A stretch of DNA of 64,000 bases from Promethearchaeota archaeon (GTDB taxonomy: Archaea; Asgardarchaeota; Lokiarchaeia; Sigyniarchaeales; SOKP01). The position numbers were made by a program, and so were the translations under genes. The DNA lies in the NCBI GenBank assembly GCA_016840165.1, contig JAEOSU010000051.1, positions 32,001 through 96,000 on the forward strand, written 5' to 3'. The notes below the pieces were generated by a model. It made no database searches. It saw nothing but the letters and a program-made list of their open reading frames with translations, and was not told the origin of the DNA. How positions within the stretch are numbered: position 1 is the stretch's first letter; every line of letters begins with the position of its first letter. Below, piece after piece: positions 51,121 through 60,927 of the stretch.

Positions 51121-51258
51121 ATGTCAGAATGGAAAAAAAGGCTTTCAACCAGCGAAACTAAGGATAATTTTTCTTGTACAGGATGAGCTATGGTTGATGG
51201 ACTCATAAAATGCATCAGAGATCTAAAAAATAAACGCCAAGAAAAGAAGAACAAATAA
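51121..51258 (+). CDS. Candidate 45-aa selenoprotein (CxxU): MSEWKKRLSTSETKDNFSCTG[U]AMVDGLIKCIRDLKNKRQEKKNK
   Basis: In-frame TGA at 51184-51186, three codons after TGT; the frame stays open to TAA at 51256-51258; TTTATAAA box about 40 nt upstream. Confidence 0.45.
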
Positions 51259-51424
51259 TTTAAAAATTTCTCAAGTGTTAAGTCGAAAAATAGTAGGACT
51301 TAATTCTAATGTTTTGCCCAAACAAGAGAAAAATGATGAGTTTTATCACTACTTTTTATTTTCTTTTTATATCAAGCAACAAGATAAATGTTTGATTACA
51401 ATATTAAATAAATTCTTTCATTAA

Positions 51425-52798
51425 CTATGGCCTTTTTGAGCCTTCTCCTACCTTTCTATATATAAATCCATGGCTCTCTACAACCTTTTTATCAAATATA
51501 TTTCGACCATCAATAATAATCGGCGTTCTCACCTTCTTCTTTAAATCATCTAAATTGATATCATAATATTGTTTGTGGTTGGTAGTAAACATCAAAACAT
51601 CTGCATCCTTGACCGCTTTTTCAAAATCATCTGTTAATTCCGTTGCATAATAATCTCGGACTTTTACATAAGGATCATGAGCAATATAGACAATATTATG
51701 AGAATGATATCTACTTCTAAGTGTTTTAATTACATTTTCGGTGGGTGTATTACGAGTATCATCTGTATCTGCCTTGTATGATACTCCAAGAAATACTATC
51801 TTAATATTATCTACTAATTTATGTTTTTCTCGAAATATATCTTCCATTAATTGTACCATATGCTTAGGCATGTAATCATTTAATTCTCGGGATTTTAATA
51901 GAATATCCGTCTTATATTTATTATCAGTATAATTTCGATGGCCATATACCAGTAAAAAGGGATCTTTGGTTAAACAATGGCCCCCAACACCTGAACCAGG
52001 AAAATGCATCATTCTATCATGTCTGTAATTAATGAGTTTGATAATTTCAAATATATCCCTATTAAAATCTTCACAGACTAATGCCATCTCATTTGCAAAC
52101 GCGATGTTTACATCTCGATAGGTGTTTTCTATACATTTTGTTAGTTCAGCAGTTAGAGTATCAGTTACATGCAAATCCTTCTTAACCACTCTTCCATAAA
52201 GATATTTCGCTTTCTCATTTGCCTCTTTGCAACCACCCCCGATTACACGAGGGAAATTGACAATATAGTCTAATAATTTACCTGGCATAACACGCTCGAA
52301 CGAAAACACTAAATAAAAGTCTTTACCTCTTACCAAGCCACTTTCTTTCTCAATAATAGGTTGAACAATGTTTTCTGTAGTACCCGGGGCGACAGTTGAT
52401 TCAATAATGATGGTGGCTCCCTTTTTAATATGTTTTGCGATTTTTCCAGATACTTCCTTTATAGATTCATAACGCGGAATTTTAGAGTCTAAATCTACAG
52501 GAGTTTGTACATCGATAAGAATATAGTCTGCTTTTGCTACATCATCATAGTCATCAGTAACATGGAATTTTCCATTTTTTACTACTTTTGCGATTAATTC
52601 ATCCAATCCGGGTTCTTCTCCTTCGAAAGGATTTTTTCCTGCGTTAAGCCAATCAATTTTCCATCCAGATCGTAATGATCTTCGTTGTATGCCCGTCACA
52701 TAGAAATTTTCTACATCTGCAAGTACAACAGCCATTGGTATACCTACATAGCCCATTCCTATGACACATATCTGAACTTTCTCACTCATAATCTCCAT
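51425..52798 (-). CDS. Nucleotide-sugar dehydrogenase (UDP-GlcNAc/UDP-ManNAc dehydrogenase family)
   Basis: GMGYVG, VQTP, ESTVAPGTT, ENTYRDVNIAFANE, GVGGHC, YKADTDDTRNTP, DGRN. Confidence 0.93.
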   Translation of the reverse strand: MEIMSEKVQICVIGMGYVGIPMAVVLADVENFYVTGIQRRSLRSGWKIDWLNAGKNPFEGEEPGLDELIAKVVKNGKFHVTDDYDDVAKADYILIDVQTPVDLDSKIPRYESIKEVSGKIAKHIKKGATIIIESTVAPGTTENIVQPIIEKESGLVRGKDFYLVFSFERVMPGKLLDYIVNFPRVIGGGCKEANEKAKYLYGRVVKKDLHVTDTLTAELTKCIENTYRDVNIAFANEMALVCEDFNRDIFEIIKLINYRHDRMMHFPGSGVGGHCLTKDPFLLVYGHRNYTDNKYKTDILLKSRELNDYMPKHMVQLMEDIFREKHKLVDNIKIVFLGVSYKADTDDTRNTPTENVIKTLRSRYHSHNIVYIAHDPYVKVRDYYATELTDDFEKAVKDADVLMFTTNHKQYYDINLDDLKKKVRTPIIIDGRNIFDKKVVESHGFIYRKVGEGSKRP

Positions 52799-52886
52799 TC
52801 TCCGTCAGAACACAAATTAATATATACAAAAATCGGTCATGATTGAAAAAATTTTAGGATAATAAAAGAAAAAAAGTTAAAATTTT

Positions 52887-53582
52887 TTATGGCTTCTTCT
52901 TCTGGTAGCTTGTACCTTTCACGCCTTTGAAAATACCCGCAGCTATCGCGCCAAAAATGAAGCCTCCCACATGAGCGAAATGCGCAGTTGATCCTGCTCC
53001 AAATGGATCTAAAAGAGAAACCATAGCATAGGTTAATTCAGCTATAAAATAGGTTAAAATAAAATACCCTGCACTTACTTTTCTCATTGATGTACCTGTT
53101 GCAGATGGAAGATAAAACTTATTTTTAGGATAGAGAATTAAGTATACTCCCATCAATCCAAATATCGCTCCTGAAGCTCCTAAAGAAGGTATATCCGCAA
53201 AAGTTATTCCTGGTATAATTTCTATCGGTATAATTAATGTACTTACCGCATGGAGTAAACTACCGCAAATACCTGAGATTAAATAAACAATGAGATAATA
53301 AACATGACCCATTGCGTGTTCACAATTATCAGTGATGATAATGAAAAACCACATATTCATTATTATATGTACGATGTCACCATGCATAAACATTGAAGTC
53401 AGTAAAGTCCATAATTTCTGTCCGGCAAAAAATTCTGCTGGTACGAACGCATATTCTATATGCATTTGTCCTGCAGGGTCGCTCAGTTGCCAGATAAAAA
53501 CTATTATATTAGCCGCTAAAATTATTACAGAAAAATATTGTTTAAAAAACGGAATTTTATCACTTTCAGCTTCAAAAACCAT
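52887..53582 (-). CDS. Rhomboid intramembrane serine protease
   Basis: TSMFMHGDIVHIIMNMW, GASGAI (catalytic Ser), AHVGG (catalytic His). Confidence 0.93.
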   Translation of the reverse strand: MVFEAESDKIPFFKQYFSVIILAANIIVFIWQLSDPAGQMHIEYAFVPAEFFAGQKLWTLLTSMFMHGDIVHIIMNMWFFIIITDNCEHAMGHVYYLIVYLISGICGSLLHAVSTLIIPIEIIPGITFADIPSLGASGAIFGLMGVYLILYPKNKFYLPSATGTSMRKVSAGYFILTYFIAELTYAMVSLLDPFGAGSTAHFAHVGGFIFGAIAAGIFKGVKGTSYQKKKP

Positions 53583-53717
53583 TAGTAACCACTTTTTCTA
53601 ATACTTAATTTTATGGATAGAGAAAGTTGGTTTTTATTGTATTTAAGAGTTTTTAAAATAAATCATTAGCTCGATACTATTGACCTCTACAATATGTATA
53701 ATCTATTTAAAATAATT

Positions 53718-54302
53718 TTATATAGGTTTGGCAAATATCATTTTTACTCTTAATTTATCGAACATCCCTGTTGGCATTGGTTTTATTAGGCATACTGTAT
53801 CTGCTCCCCGTCCAGTCCCCGCAACACATATCACATCTCTCTCGATGTCGGGAATCAAACCAGCATCCACTGCCATAGCAGCTATCTCCATACATACTTT
53901 AATTCCTTGGCAAAAATTTTGTCGTAAGTACTTTGCCATCAATTCTACGGGTGGCCATTGATTTAAGGAAAGACGATAACTTCTTGAAACAGCTCCTAAA
54001 GCGTGGGTTGTGGAAAACACCTTGAAACCTTTCTCCTCTAAATCTTTCATTACTTTTTCCGGAAATTCTTGTCTTTTATTTAAACCTGTAAAATAGTAAG
54101 AATGAGTCATAATAACTATATTAAATTCATTTGGAGAGAAATATTCAACAGATTTCTGTGCGGTCATACCTGTTGTACTTGCAATAATAATATCTTTTAT
54201 AGAAAACTCATCAGCATACTTTCTAGCAACCTCTAAAGCTTTCTTAGTATTAACAGCCCCTTGTTCCTTAAAATAAGACACTTCTACTCGAATTTCACTC
54301 AT
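53718..54302 (-). CDS. Pyruvate kinase C-terminal-like (DUF1867/MTH1675-type) protein
   Basis: YF…G..NT, IIIASTTGMTA, F.QGIKVCMEIAAMAVDAG, GTGRGADT. Confidence 0.85.
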   Translation of the reverse strand: MSEIRVEVSYFKEQGAVNTKKALEVARKYADEFSIKDIIIASTTGMTAQKSVEYFSPNEFNIVIMTHSYYFTGLNKRQEFPEKVMKDLEEKGFKVFSTTHALGAVSRSYRLSLNQWPPVELMAKYLRQNFCQGIKVCMEIAAMAVDAGLIPDIERDVICVAGTGRGADTVCLIKPMPTGMFDKLRVKMIFAKPI

Positions 54303-54415
54303 AATCTTGTTTACTTTTTGTTATTTTATTTTCATAACTTTTCTTACCTTAAAAATGAATTTAATAAGAAAATAATTGCTTTTTTTAGAGATTCTTCTTT
54401 TTAGTTAGTAACATC

Positions 54416-55396
54416 ATGATTAATATTATCATAGGGATCATACTAGCATTAGTAACAACATTCTGTTTTAATATAGCTATTGTGTACCAAAAAAAGGGGC
54501 TTAGTCAAGGAAGATTAAGCGGAGCTGAGATAAATCTTGGAGCAGGATTTAAATCAACAATCAAAACTTTTATAAAATTAATCAAAAATAAGAACTGGGC
54601 ATTTGGAGCATTACTTGGAGTAGTTGGATGGGTTCCCTATATAATTTCGATTGGTTTAGTTGGTATTATCGTTACGGAACCTGTAATGGCAACGGGATTC
54701 ATCTTCTTTGTCATTGCTGCTAACCGTATTCTACATGAAAAAATTGGGGTCATTGAGTATATAGCAATTGGAATGCTAACTATCTCTCCCATTCTAATAG
54801 CATTAGCAGGAATATCAAATTTAGAAATAGATTTAATTGGTTTCGTCCCATCAATGATAATCTTTTTAATAATAACTGTTAGTGCTAGTATTATTTCTCT
54901 TTATTTTGCTAAAAGAAAAAGGGATACGAATCTTGAAGGTTTACTAACCATGTTTGGAGGAGCAATTTTGTTTGCCTTAGGAGGAATAGCTACTAATATA
55001 TTAGTCCAAGCCTTACTCCAAGCGGTAGATACAATTCATTGGTATGTGATTTTTCAATTACCCTTAGGGATATTTTGGTTTTTTTTAACCTCGTCATATC
55101 CATACTTATGGGTTTTTCTCGGATTTTGGATGATGGCAATCTTTAATTTATCAAGTCTGCCGTATTATCAAGGAGGTTATCAAAAAGGAAAAATTCTTAT
55201 TATGTATCCATTATTAGATTCCGTAGCTTTGCTATTGCCTATATTTGCTGGTTTAATTGTTTTCAAACAAACATTTGAGAACTTCTATTTATTTATTATA
55301 GCATTAATACTGATCGTTATTGCTTCCGTTATCCTTAGTAAATATCAAGTTGCTATTGAAAAGATGGAAGTAGAGAACCAGATTGATAATTCCTAA
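54416..55396 (+). CDS. DMT-superfamily (NIPA/EamA-like) membrane transporter
   Basis: QKKG, L..N..W..G and L.EKI motifs; 9-10 TM. Confidence 0.7.
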   Translation: MINIIIGIILALVTTFCFNIAIVYQKKGLSQGRLSGAEINLGAGFKSTIKTFIKLIKNKNWAFGALLGVVGWVPYIISIGLVGIIVTEPVMATGFIFFVIAANRILHEKIGVIEYIAIGMLTISPILIALAGISNLEIDLIGFVPSMIIFLIITVSASIISLYFAKRKRDTNLEGLLTMFGGAILFALGGIATNILVQALLQAVDTIHWYVIFQLPLGIFWFFLTSSYPYLWVFLGFWMMAIFNLSSLPYYQGGYQKGKILIMYPLLDSVALLLPIFAGLIVFKQTFENFYLFIIALILIVIASVILSKYQVAIEKMEVENQIDNS

Positions 55397-55409
55397 GCAA
55401 TAATATTAT

Positions 55410-55814
55410 TTATTGATCTCCGGTTTTTTCTAGAATCTTTTTAACATATTCAAGTAAGGCTTTTCCAGAGATTGCTTTTAAAAGATAACCATCGGCACCT
55501 AATTCTTTTCCTTTAATAATATCAAATTTAAAATTTTTTACAGTAAAAAGAATAACCAGAATCTTCTTATATTTCTCATTAGTCTTAATTTTCTCCAAAA
55601 CCGTATATCCATCAACGTTGGGCATCATGATATCTAATAATACCAGTGTGATCTCATTATGTTGCTGTTCAATGATCTCAAGAGCTTCTTTTCCGCTATT
55701 AGATGTAATGGTGTCATAATTTTCGAGTTTAAGAATTTTATCTGTTAAATTTAGGATATCCTCCTCGTCATCGATTATCATTATTTTTCCTATACTCCTT
55801 GCGATTTTAGACAC
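55410..55814 (-). CDS. Single-domain response regulator receiver
   Basis: IMIIDDE, LLDIMMP (phospho-Asp), GADGYLLK. Confidence 0.92.
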   Translation of the reverse strand: MSKIARSIGKIMIIDDEEDILNLTDKILKLENYDTITSNSGKEALEIIEQQHNEITLVLLDIMMPNVDGYTVLEKIKTNEKYKKILVILFTVKNFKFDIIKGKELGADGYLLKAISGKALLEYVKKILEKTGDQ

Positions 55815-56044
55815 CCTTCAATTTTTTAGATTATTCACTAATTTTACGAGAGAAATATAAGTTAATCCTCTCATATACCACAATCTATAATTTAAATCGT
55901 TTAATTGCTTTTTAAATTTTTATGATTTTATAAATTTGATCGATATTGTCATAGAATAATAATTGGGATCTCTTTATTTGCTTAAGATAATAATTATTTG
56001 CTAATGATAATAAAAAATTAGATTTAAACTATTGAAAGTGTAAT

Positions 56045-56434
56045 CTAATGGGTTTCAAATACACTATTGACATATTCTAATAATTGCTTACCAGAAAATG
56101 GTTTTGTAATATAACCGTCAGCCCCCATTTCTTTACCTTTTTGGATGTCTTCCTTAAAGCTTTTTACAGTAAATAAAATAACGAGGATATGTTTAAACAT
56201 ATCGTTTGACTTTATAGTTCTTAGTACTTCCATCCCACTCACTCCTGGCATCATTAAATCTAATAAAACAAGAGATATCTCGCTATACCTATCCTCGATA
56301 ATTTTAAGAGCCTCTTTCCCATTATTACAAGTCAGTGTATTATAACTAGCTAATTTGAGAATTTTATCCGTTAGATTGACTATATCAGGCTCATCATCCA
56401 CGACTAATATCGTTTTCGACGGATTTTTATCCAT
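56045..56434 (-). CDS. Single-domain response regulator receiver (paralog)
   Basis: ILVVDDE, LLDLMMP, GADGYITKPF. Confidence 0.93.
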   Translation of the reverse strand: MDKNPSKTILVVDDEPDIVNLTDKILKLASYNTLTCNNGKEALKIIEDRYSEISLVLLDLMMPGVSGMEVLRTIKSNDMFKHILVILFTVKSFKEDIQKGKEMGADGYITKPFSGKQLLEYVNSVFETH

Positions 56435-56566
56435 TCTTAGCCCCGCTCGTTAAATGTTTTAATATTTAGTTATAAAAAATAAATAAATGAATTCAATTTA
56501 TTTTAACTATCATATATTGATTTTCTTATTTAATAGTTTATTCCAACTACGAAAATTTTACCATTC

Positions 56567-57229
56567 ATGTCACGAAAAACGAAGAAACCAAAATTCCCAG
56601 AATCTTATCAAGGAGATAAAGCAGAAGAATACAATCAGTCACGTTGGATGGAAAGAAATCAAAAGAGAACCGCTCTGTTATGTATCCAGTATTTGTATGA
56701 TGAACACTTAGATAATGTTTACCATCATGATATTCTGAGAGATTTACCTTATTTAATGCTAGATTTAGGATGTGGTACAGGCTTTTCATCTGAAATATTA
56801 GCAGAAAATGGCTTTCGAGTAATAGGTGTTGACATTTTAAAAGATATGATCTATAAAGCAAAACAAAAAAAAATAAGATATGAAAAGGATACACACATAG
56901 AATATGTACAATCTGATATCAACTATTTACCTTTTAAAGATGATAGCATAGATCACATAATCTCAATCTCTGCCTATAATTTTATAATAGATCCTACTAC
57001 TACCTCTAAAGAAAAAATTATTCGATTAACGCAAACGGCACAAGACTTGAATGCTATTATTAAAGATCATGGAAGATTGGTTTTAGAATTTTATCCTAAT
57101 GATGAACAAGAATTAAATCTGTTTAAATCTTCTTTTACTAACAATGGTTTTGATGGATTTATGATTAAGCAAAATCCAAACCAAAAATCGGGTCAAACTT
57201 TTTTGTTACTAAAAAAAATTAAGGAATAA
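56567..57229 (+). CDS. Class I SAM methyltransferase, Bud23/WBSCR22-like
   Basis: LDLGCGTG, GVDI, LPF..DS.D.IISISA, FYPND, GFDG. Confidence 0.8.
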   Translation: MSRKTKKPKFPESYQGDKAEEYNQSRWMERNQKRTALLCIQYLYDEHLDNVYHHDILRDLPYLMLDLGCGTGFSSEILAENGFRVIGVDILKDMIYKAKQKKIRYEKDTHIEYVQSDINYLPFKDDSIDHIISISAYNFIIDPTTTSKEKIIRLTQTAQDLNAIIKDHGRLVLEFYPNDEQELNLFKSSFTNNGFDGFMIKQNPNQKSGQTFLLLKKIKE

Positions 57230-57230
57230 T

Positions 57231-58367
57231 ATGGGAACGTGTAAATATTGTGGAAGAACATCACCAGTAATTTCAGATATACTTCAAATTTGTCGGAATT
57301 GCATTCTTAATGGAGATTGGACTGTTATAAAACCACATCTTATCAATATTCATACTCAGGTAAGAAAAATAGCAGATTTACCGGGGATGCCTCCTAAATC
57401 GTCAATTGAGAATAAAAAAATAAACTGCAACTTATGTGTAAATGAATGCTCTCTTGGTCAGCAAGATGTAAGTTATTGTGGTTTAAGAAATATATTGAAA
57501 GATAAAACTCGTGAATTGCCGCTACCGACCAAAAATAAAGGATATATTCATGGATATTTAGATGCTAATCCTACAAATTGCTGTAATGCATGGTTTTGTC
57601 CTGCTGGGTCTTCATATGGTTACCCTGAATATTCAAATCAAAAGGGTCCTGAATTAGGGACTTATTCTTATGCTGCGTTCCTCTATGGATGTTCCTTCGA
57701 TTGTTTATTTTGTCAAAATGCCTCTCATAAATCTTTTTCTAAACATAATTTACACAATGTTGAAAATATAGCAGATTATATCTATAAAAACGATAAAATC
57801 ACCTGTATTTGTTATTTTGGAGGTACACCTGAACCCCAATTACCATTCACTATTAATTTAGCAGAATTAATCTTGAATAAAATTAAGAATAATATCCATG
57901 AAAGAAAATTTCGTGTGTGTTGGGAATGGAATGGTAGCGGGAATAGGAATTTAATAGAACGATGTATGAAAATTGTCATTAAGACTGGAGGAAATATTAA
58001 ATTTGATTTAAAATCATACAATGAACGATTAAACTATGCTTTCTGCGGTGTAAGCAATAAAAGAACATATAATAACTTTGCATTTTTAGCTAAAAATTAT
58101 TTTGGAACCCGTAAAGGTTTATATGAAATGAGTGCTTGTACGTTATTAGTACCAGAATATGTTAATAAAGAAGAAGTCGAATTAATTGCCAAATTTATTA
58201 GTGAAATTGATGATAAGATACCCTATAGTTTATTAATTTTTCACCCCGATTATCAAATGCGCGATTTGCCAATAACTCCGAAACAACAAGCATTAGATTG
58301 TCTTAAAACTGCAAAAAAGTATTTAAAAAACGTTCATTTAGGGAATAAATTTCTTTTAAGGTTTTGA
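57231..58367 (+). CDS. Radical SAM protein (PflA/activase-like) with N-terminal Cys motifs
   Basis: GCSFDCLFCQN, YFGGTP, EWNG, KFDLK, TLLVP, FHPDY. Confidence 0.88.
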   Translation: MGTCKYCGRTSPVISDILQICRNCILNGDWTVIKPHLINIHTQVRKIADLPGMPPKSSIENKKINCNLCVNECSLGQQDVSYCGLRNILKDKTRELPLPTKNKGYIHGYLDANPTNCCNAWFCPAGSSYGYPEYSNQKGPELGTYSYAAFLYGCSFDCLFCQNASHKSFSKHNLHNVENIADYIYKNDKITCICYFGGTPEPQLPFTINLAELILNKIKNNIHERKFRVCWEWNGSGNRNLIERCMKIVIKTGGNIKFDLKSYNERLNYAFCGVSNKRTYNNFAFLAKNYFGTRKGLYEMSACTLLVPEYVNKEEVELIAKFISEIDDKIPYSLLIFHPDYQMRDLPITPKQQALDCLKTAKKYLKNVHLGNKFLLRF

Positions 58368-58489
58368 AGTTCTATTCTTTGTTAGATTTTTAGTATTTGA
58401 TAATAAAATATTTATTTTACTAATTATTATCCATCCTACAATTAATCAATATTGCGTATTGAGAAACATAAAAAGGAGAATTAATTAGT

Positions 58490-58795
58490 TTGCAAGCTGC
58501 TCGTATCCGTCTGTCAAGCGTCCAACTTGATGCACTTCAATCTGTATGCGATCAAATCGAAAGTGTATGTAAAAATCAAGGAATTAAAAAGTATGGACCA
58601 ATACCTCTTCCTACTAAACGATTAAGAGTTCCGACCTTAAAAGCACCTTCTGGTCAAGGGACATCTACCTGGGCTAAATTTGAGATGCGAATTCATAAAC
58701 GTCTTTTTGAAATAATCGCAAATGAAAGAAGTATGCATCTTATTATGAAAATACAGATTCCAGAATCAGTATTAGTTGAGATTGAATTAATGTAA
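58490..58795 (+). CDS. rpsJ: 30S ribosomal protein uS10
   Basis: ARIRLSS, GPIPLPTKRL…KAPSGQG..TW..FEMRIHKRL (archaeal/eukaryotic type). Confidence 0.96.
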   Translation: MQAARIRLSSVQLDALQSVCDQIESVCKNQGIKKYGPIPLPTKRLRVPTLKAPSGQGTSTWAKFEMRIHKRLFEIIANERSMHLIMKIQIPESVLVEIELM

Positions 58796-58963
58796 TTCAC
58801 TATACTAATATTTTATCTAAATTATAATCCTATTAGAATCCTGTTATAACCATTAAATAATAACTATTATATAATATTAAACAGATTTAAATCAGAAAAA
58901 GAGTTTTAAATTCTTAAGGAATTAAGTCTTTTTGTATTAAATTAACTAAAATAATTTGTAAAA

Positions 58964-59686
58964 ATGGCAGATTACCATACAAAAACATTTTTTGGACAGA
59001 AAAAAGCACTCATTCTTACTAGTCCAGCTAAAACTGTTCCCTATATCTTCTTAAGTTGTATTACTCGAAAGGAGGATGGTATTTGGGAGACCTTAGCAAA
59101 ACAAGAAGGCAAGACAGTTAAGATCTCAATGGAAGAGATTATATGTATATTAGAGGTCCTTAATAAAAAGAGTGCTAATTGGAGAGGGTCTCATGTGTTT
59201 AAGGAAAGAAAGACTGAAATTTATGTCGGGTGGGAATCTGAAGCACGTGAGACTATTCGGATTAAAATTGGTGAATATGTGAAAAAATTGCGATTTCCTG
59301 GCTTGAATCTTTTAGTTTTAATGCTAGAACATATATTGAAAGAAAAAGTTGAATTTGCAACTTCGGGGACATTTGATATTCAAGAAAAAGAACAAATGGA
59401 AGATGAAGGTGAGTATGGTGTGTTTTCAGAGCGAATAACTGCAAGAGATGGGCTACAGATCGTTGAAACTACTGAATATGGTGTGTCATCTGGTGCATTA
59501 GAAATATCAGCAAAAATCAAAGTTGAAAGCCCAAAAGCGCTCTTAATTACCCTAGATTCTGGTGAGGAGTTCTGGATTCCGAAAAGTACTATTCATAGTA
59601 AATATGATACGTCTCAGAAACAGAAATCTCTAAAATTATTAGTAGATAAATGGATTATAGAAAAGAATAAGATCGTTAATGATTAA
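58964..59686 (+). CDS. Conserved-looking hypothetical protein with a C-terminal small beta domain (ESPKALLI…FWIPKS)
   Basis: 240-aa ORF in an operon with the CDF and IMPase genes. Confidence 0.6.
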   Translation: MADYHTKTFFGQKKALILTSPAKTVPYIFLSCITRKEDGIWETLAKQEGKTVKISMEEIICILEVLNKKSANWRGSHVFKERKTEIYVGWESEARETIRIKIGEYVKKLRFPGLNLLVLMLEHILKEKVEFATSGTFDIQEKEQMEDEGEYGVFSERITARDGLQIVETTEYGVSSGALEISAKIKVESPKALLITLDSGEEFWIPKSTIHSKYDTSQKQKSLKLLVDKWIIEKNKIVND

Positions 59687-59688
59687 TC

Positions 59689-60927
59689 TTGGATATAAAT
59701 ACAAAGTTATATAAGAAGCCAGTTTTTCTAAACTTAATTCTTTTAGTAATCAATTTAGGTTTATTTATTTTTAAAATCTTTTTTTCAATACTCTCAAATA
59801 GTTTGGCTCTTCAAGCAGATGCCTATGATTCATTAACTGATATCTTCATGGCTCTTGTAGCGTTTATAGGTTTAATTTTTGCAAATAAGAAACCGAATGA
59901 AAAATTTCCTTATGGTTATTATAAAATTGAGAATATCATTAGTTTGGTTATCTCGTTTTTCATTTTTTATACCGCTTTTAATATTATTTACCAAGCTATA
60001 TCTGATTTTAATTTGTTCATAGGAGGAAGTTTAAAACAATTTTATTTAACTACTGAGGTGATTATCTTTTTACTTATATCGTTCGGCATTACCATTCTCT
60101 TAACTATTTACTTAAAATATGTCGGCAGATATTCAAAATCACCAATAATTCAATCACAAGCAAGTGAGAAGCTCTATGATAATTTTATTTCCTTATCAGT
60201 CATTATTAGCTTTATATTAGCTTACTTTGGGTTTTCTCTTATAGATACGATAATAGGTTTAATCATAGCAGCGTTTATCATTAAGGGAGGTTATGATATA
60301 TTTGTACATTCAACAAAAACTTTGCTAGATGCGGTAATTGATTTTGATAACAGAAAGGAACTCTATGATTTAATTACTGGTTTTCCTAAAGTGAAAGAAA
60401 TAGAAAAGCTAGAAGTTCGCTCTTATGGTAGATATATCTTTTTAGAAGTAAGTATTACTCTCAATAAAGAGCTTCAACTCCATCTTATAGAAGATCTAAA
60501 GAAAGCGATCACTCGAAAAATTCAATCAAGATTTCCTCAGATTTTTCGTATTATCATTATAACTCAAGCATCTGAAAAACAATTTATTCGTGTCGCTGTA
60601 CCAATCGCAGAAAATAATGATCTAAACTCACAAATTTCAGATCATTTCGGTGAGGCTCCCTATTTTGTGCTTCTTGATTTTGTATACGATAACAAAGGGA
60701 CATTATCGAACTATACAATTATCTCTAATAAATTCAAGGATGTTGAGAAGAGAAAAGGTATTCTAATTTCTGATTGGTTAGTCTCTGAGAAGGTAGATAA
60801 ATTATACCTCAGAAAAGCGTTAAATAAAGGACCAAGCTTAATCTTTGAGAATAGTTTTGTTCATATTATTATTGTAGAATCAGAAAACTTAAGAGAAATT
60901 ATAAAAAGAGAGATGGAAAATCCATAA
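59689..60927 (+). CDS. Cation diffusion facilitator transporter with C-terminal NifB/NifX-like domain
   Basis: SLALQADAYDSLTD, FPYGYYKIE, LLDA, ISDHFGEAPYF. Confidence 0.9.
   Translation: MDINTKLYKKPVFLNLILLVINLGLFIFKIFFSILSNSLALQADAYDSLTDIFMALVAFIGLIFANKKPNEKFPYGYYKIENIISLVISFFIFYTAFNIIYQAISDFNLFIGGSLKQFYLTTEVIIFLLISFGITILLTIYLKYVGRYSKSPIIQSQASEKLYDNFISLSVIISFILAYFGFSLIDTIIGLIIAAFIIKGGYDIFVHSTKTLLDAVIDFDNRKELYDLITGFPKVKEIEKLEVRSYGRYIFLEVSITLNKELQLHLIEDLKKAITRKIQSRFPQIFRIIIITQASEKQFIRVAVPIAENNDLNSQISDHFGEAPYFVLLDFVYDNKGTLSNYTIISNKFKDVEKRKGILISDWLVSEKVDKLYLRKALNKGPSLIFENSFVHIIIVESENLREIIKREMENP

Noticed and set aside
51072-51254. 60-aa minus-strand ORF in the track
   Set aside because: Antisense to the better-supported CxxU micro-ORF; no motif.
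51333-51396. ATGA…TGA pair as a eukaryote-like SECIS core for the CxxU ORF
   Set aside because: The upper stem has two mismatches and an atypical ~35-nt U-rich loop; not convincing without a covariance-model score.
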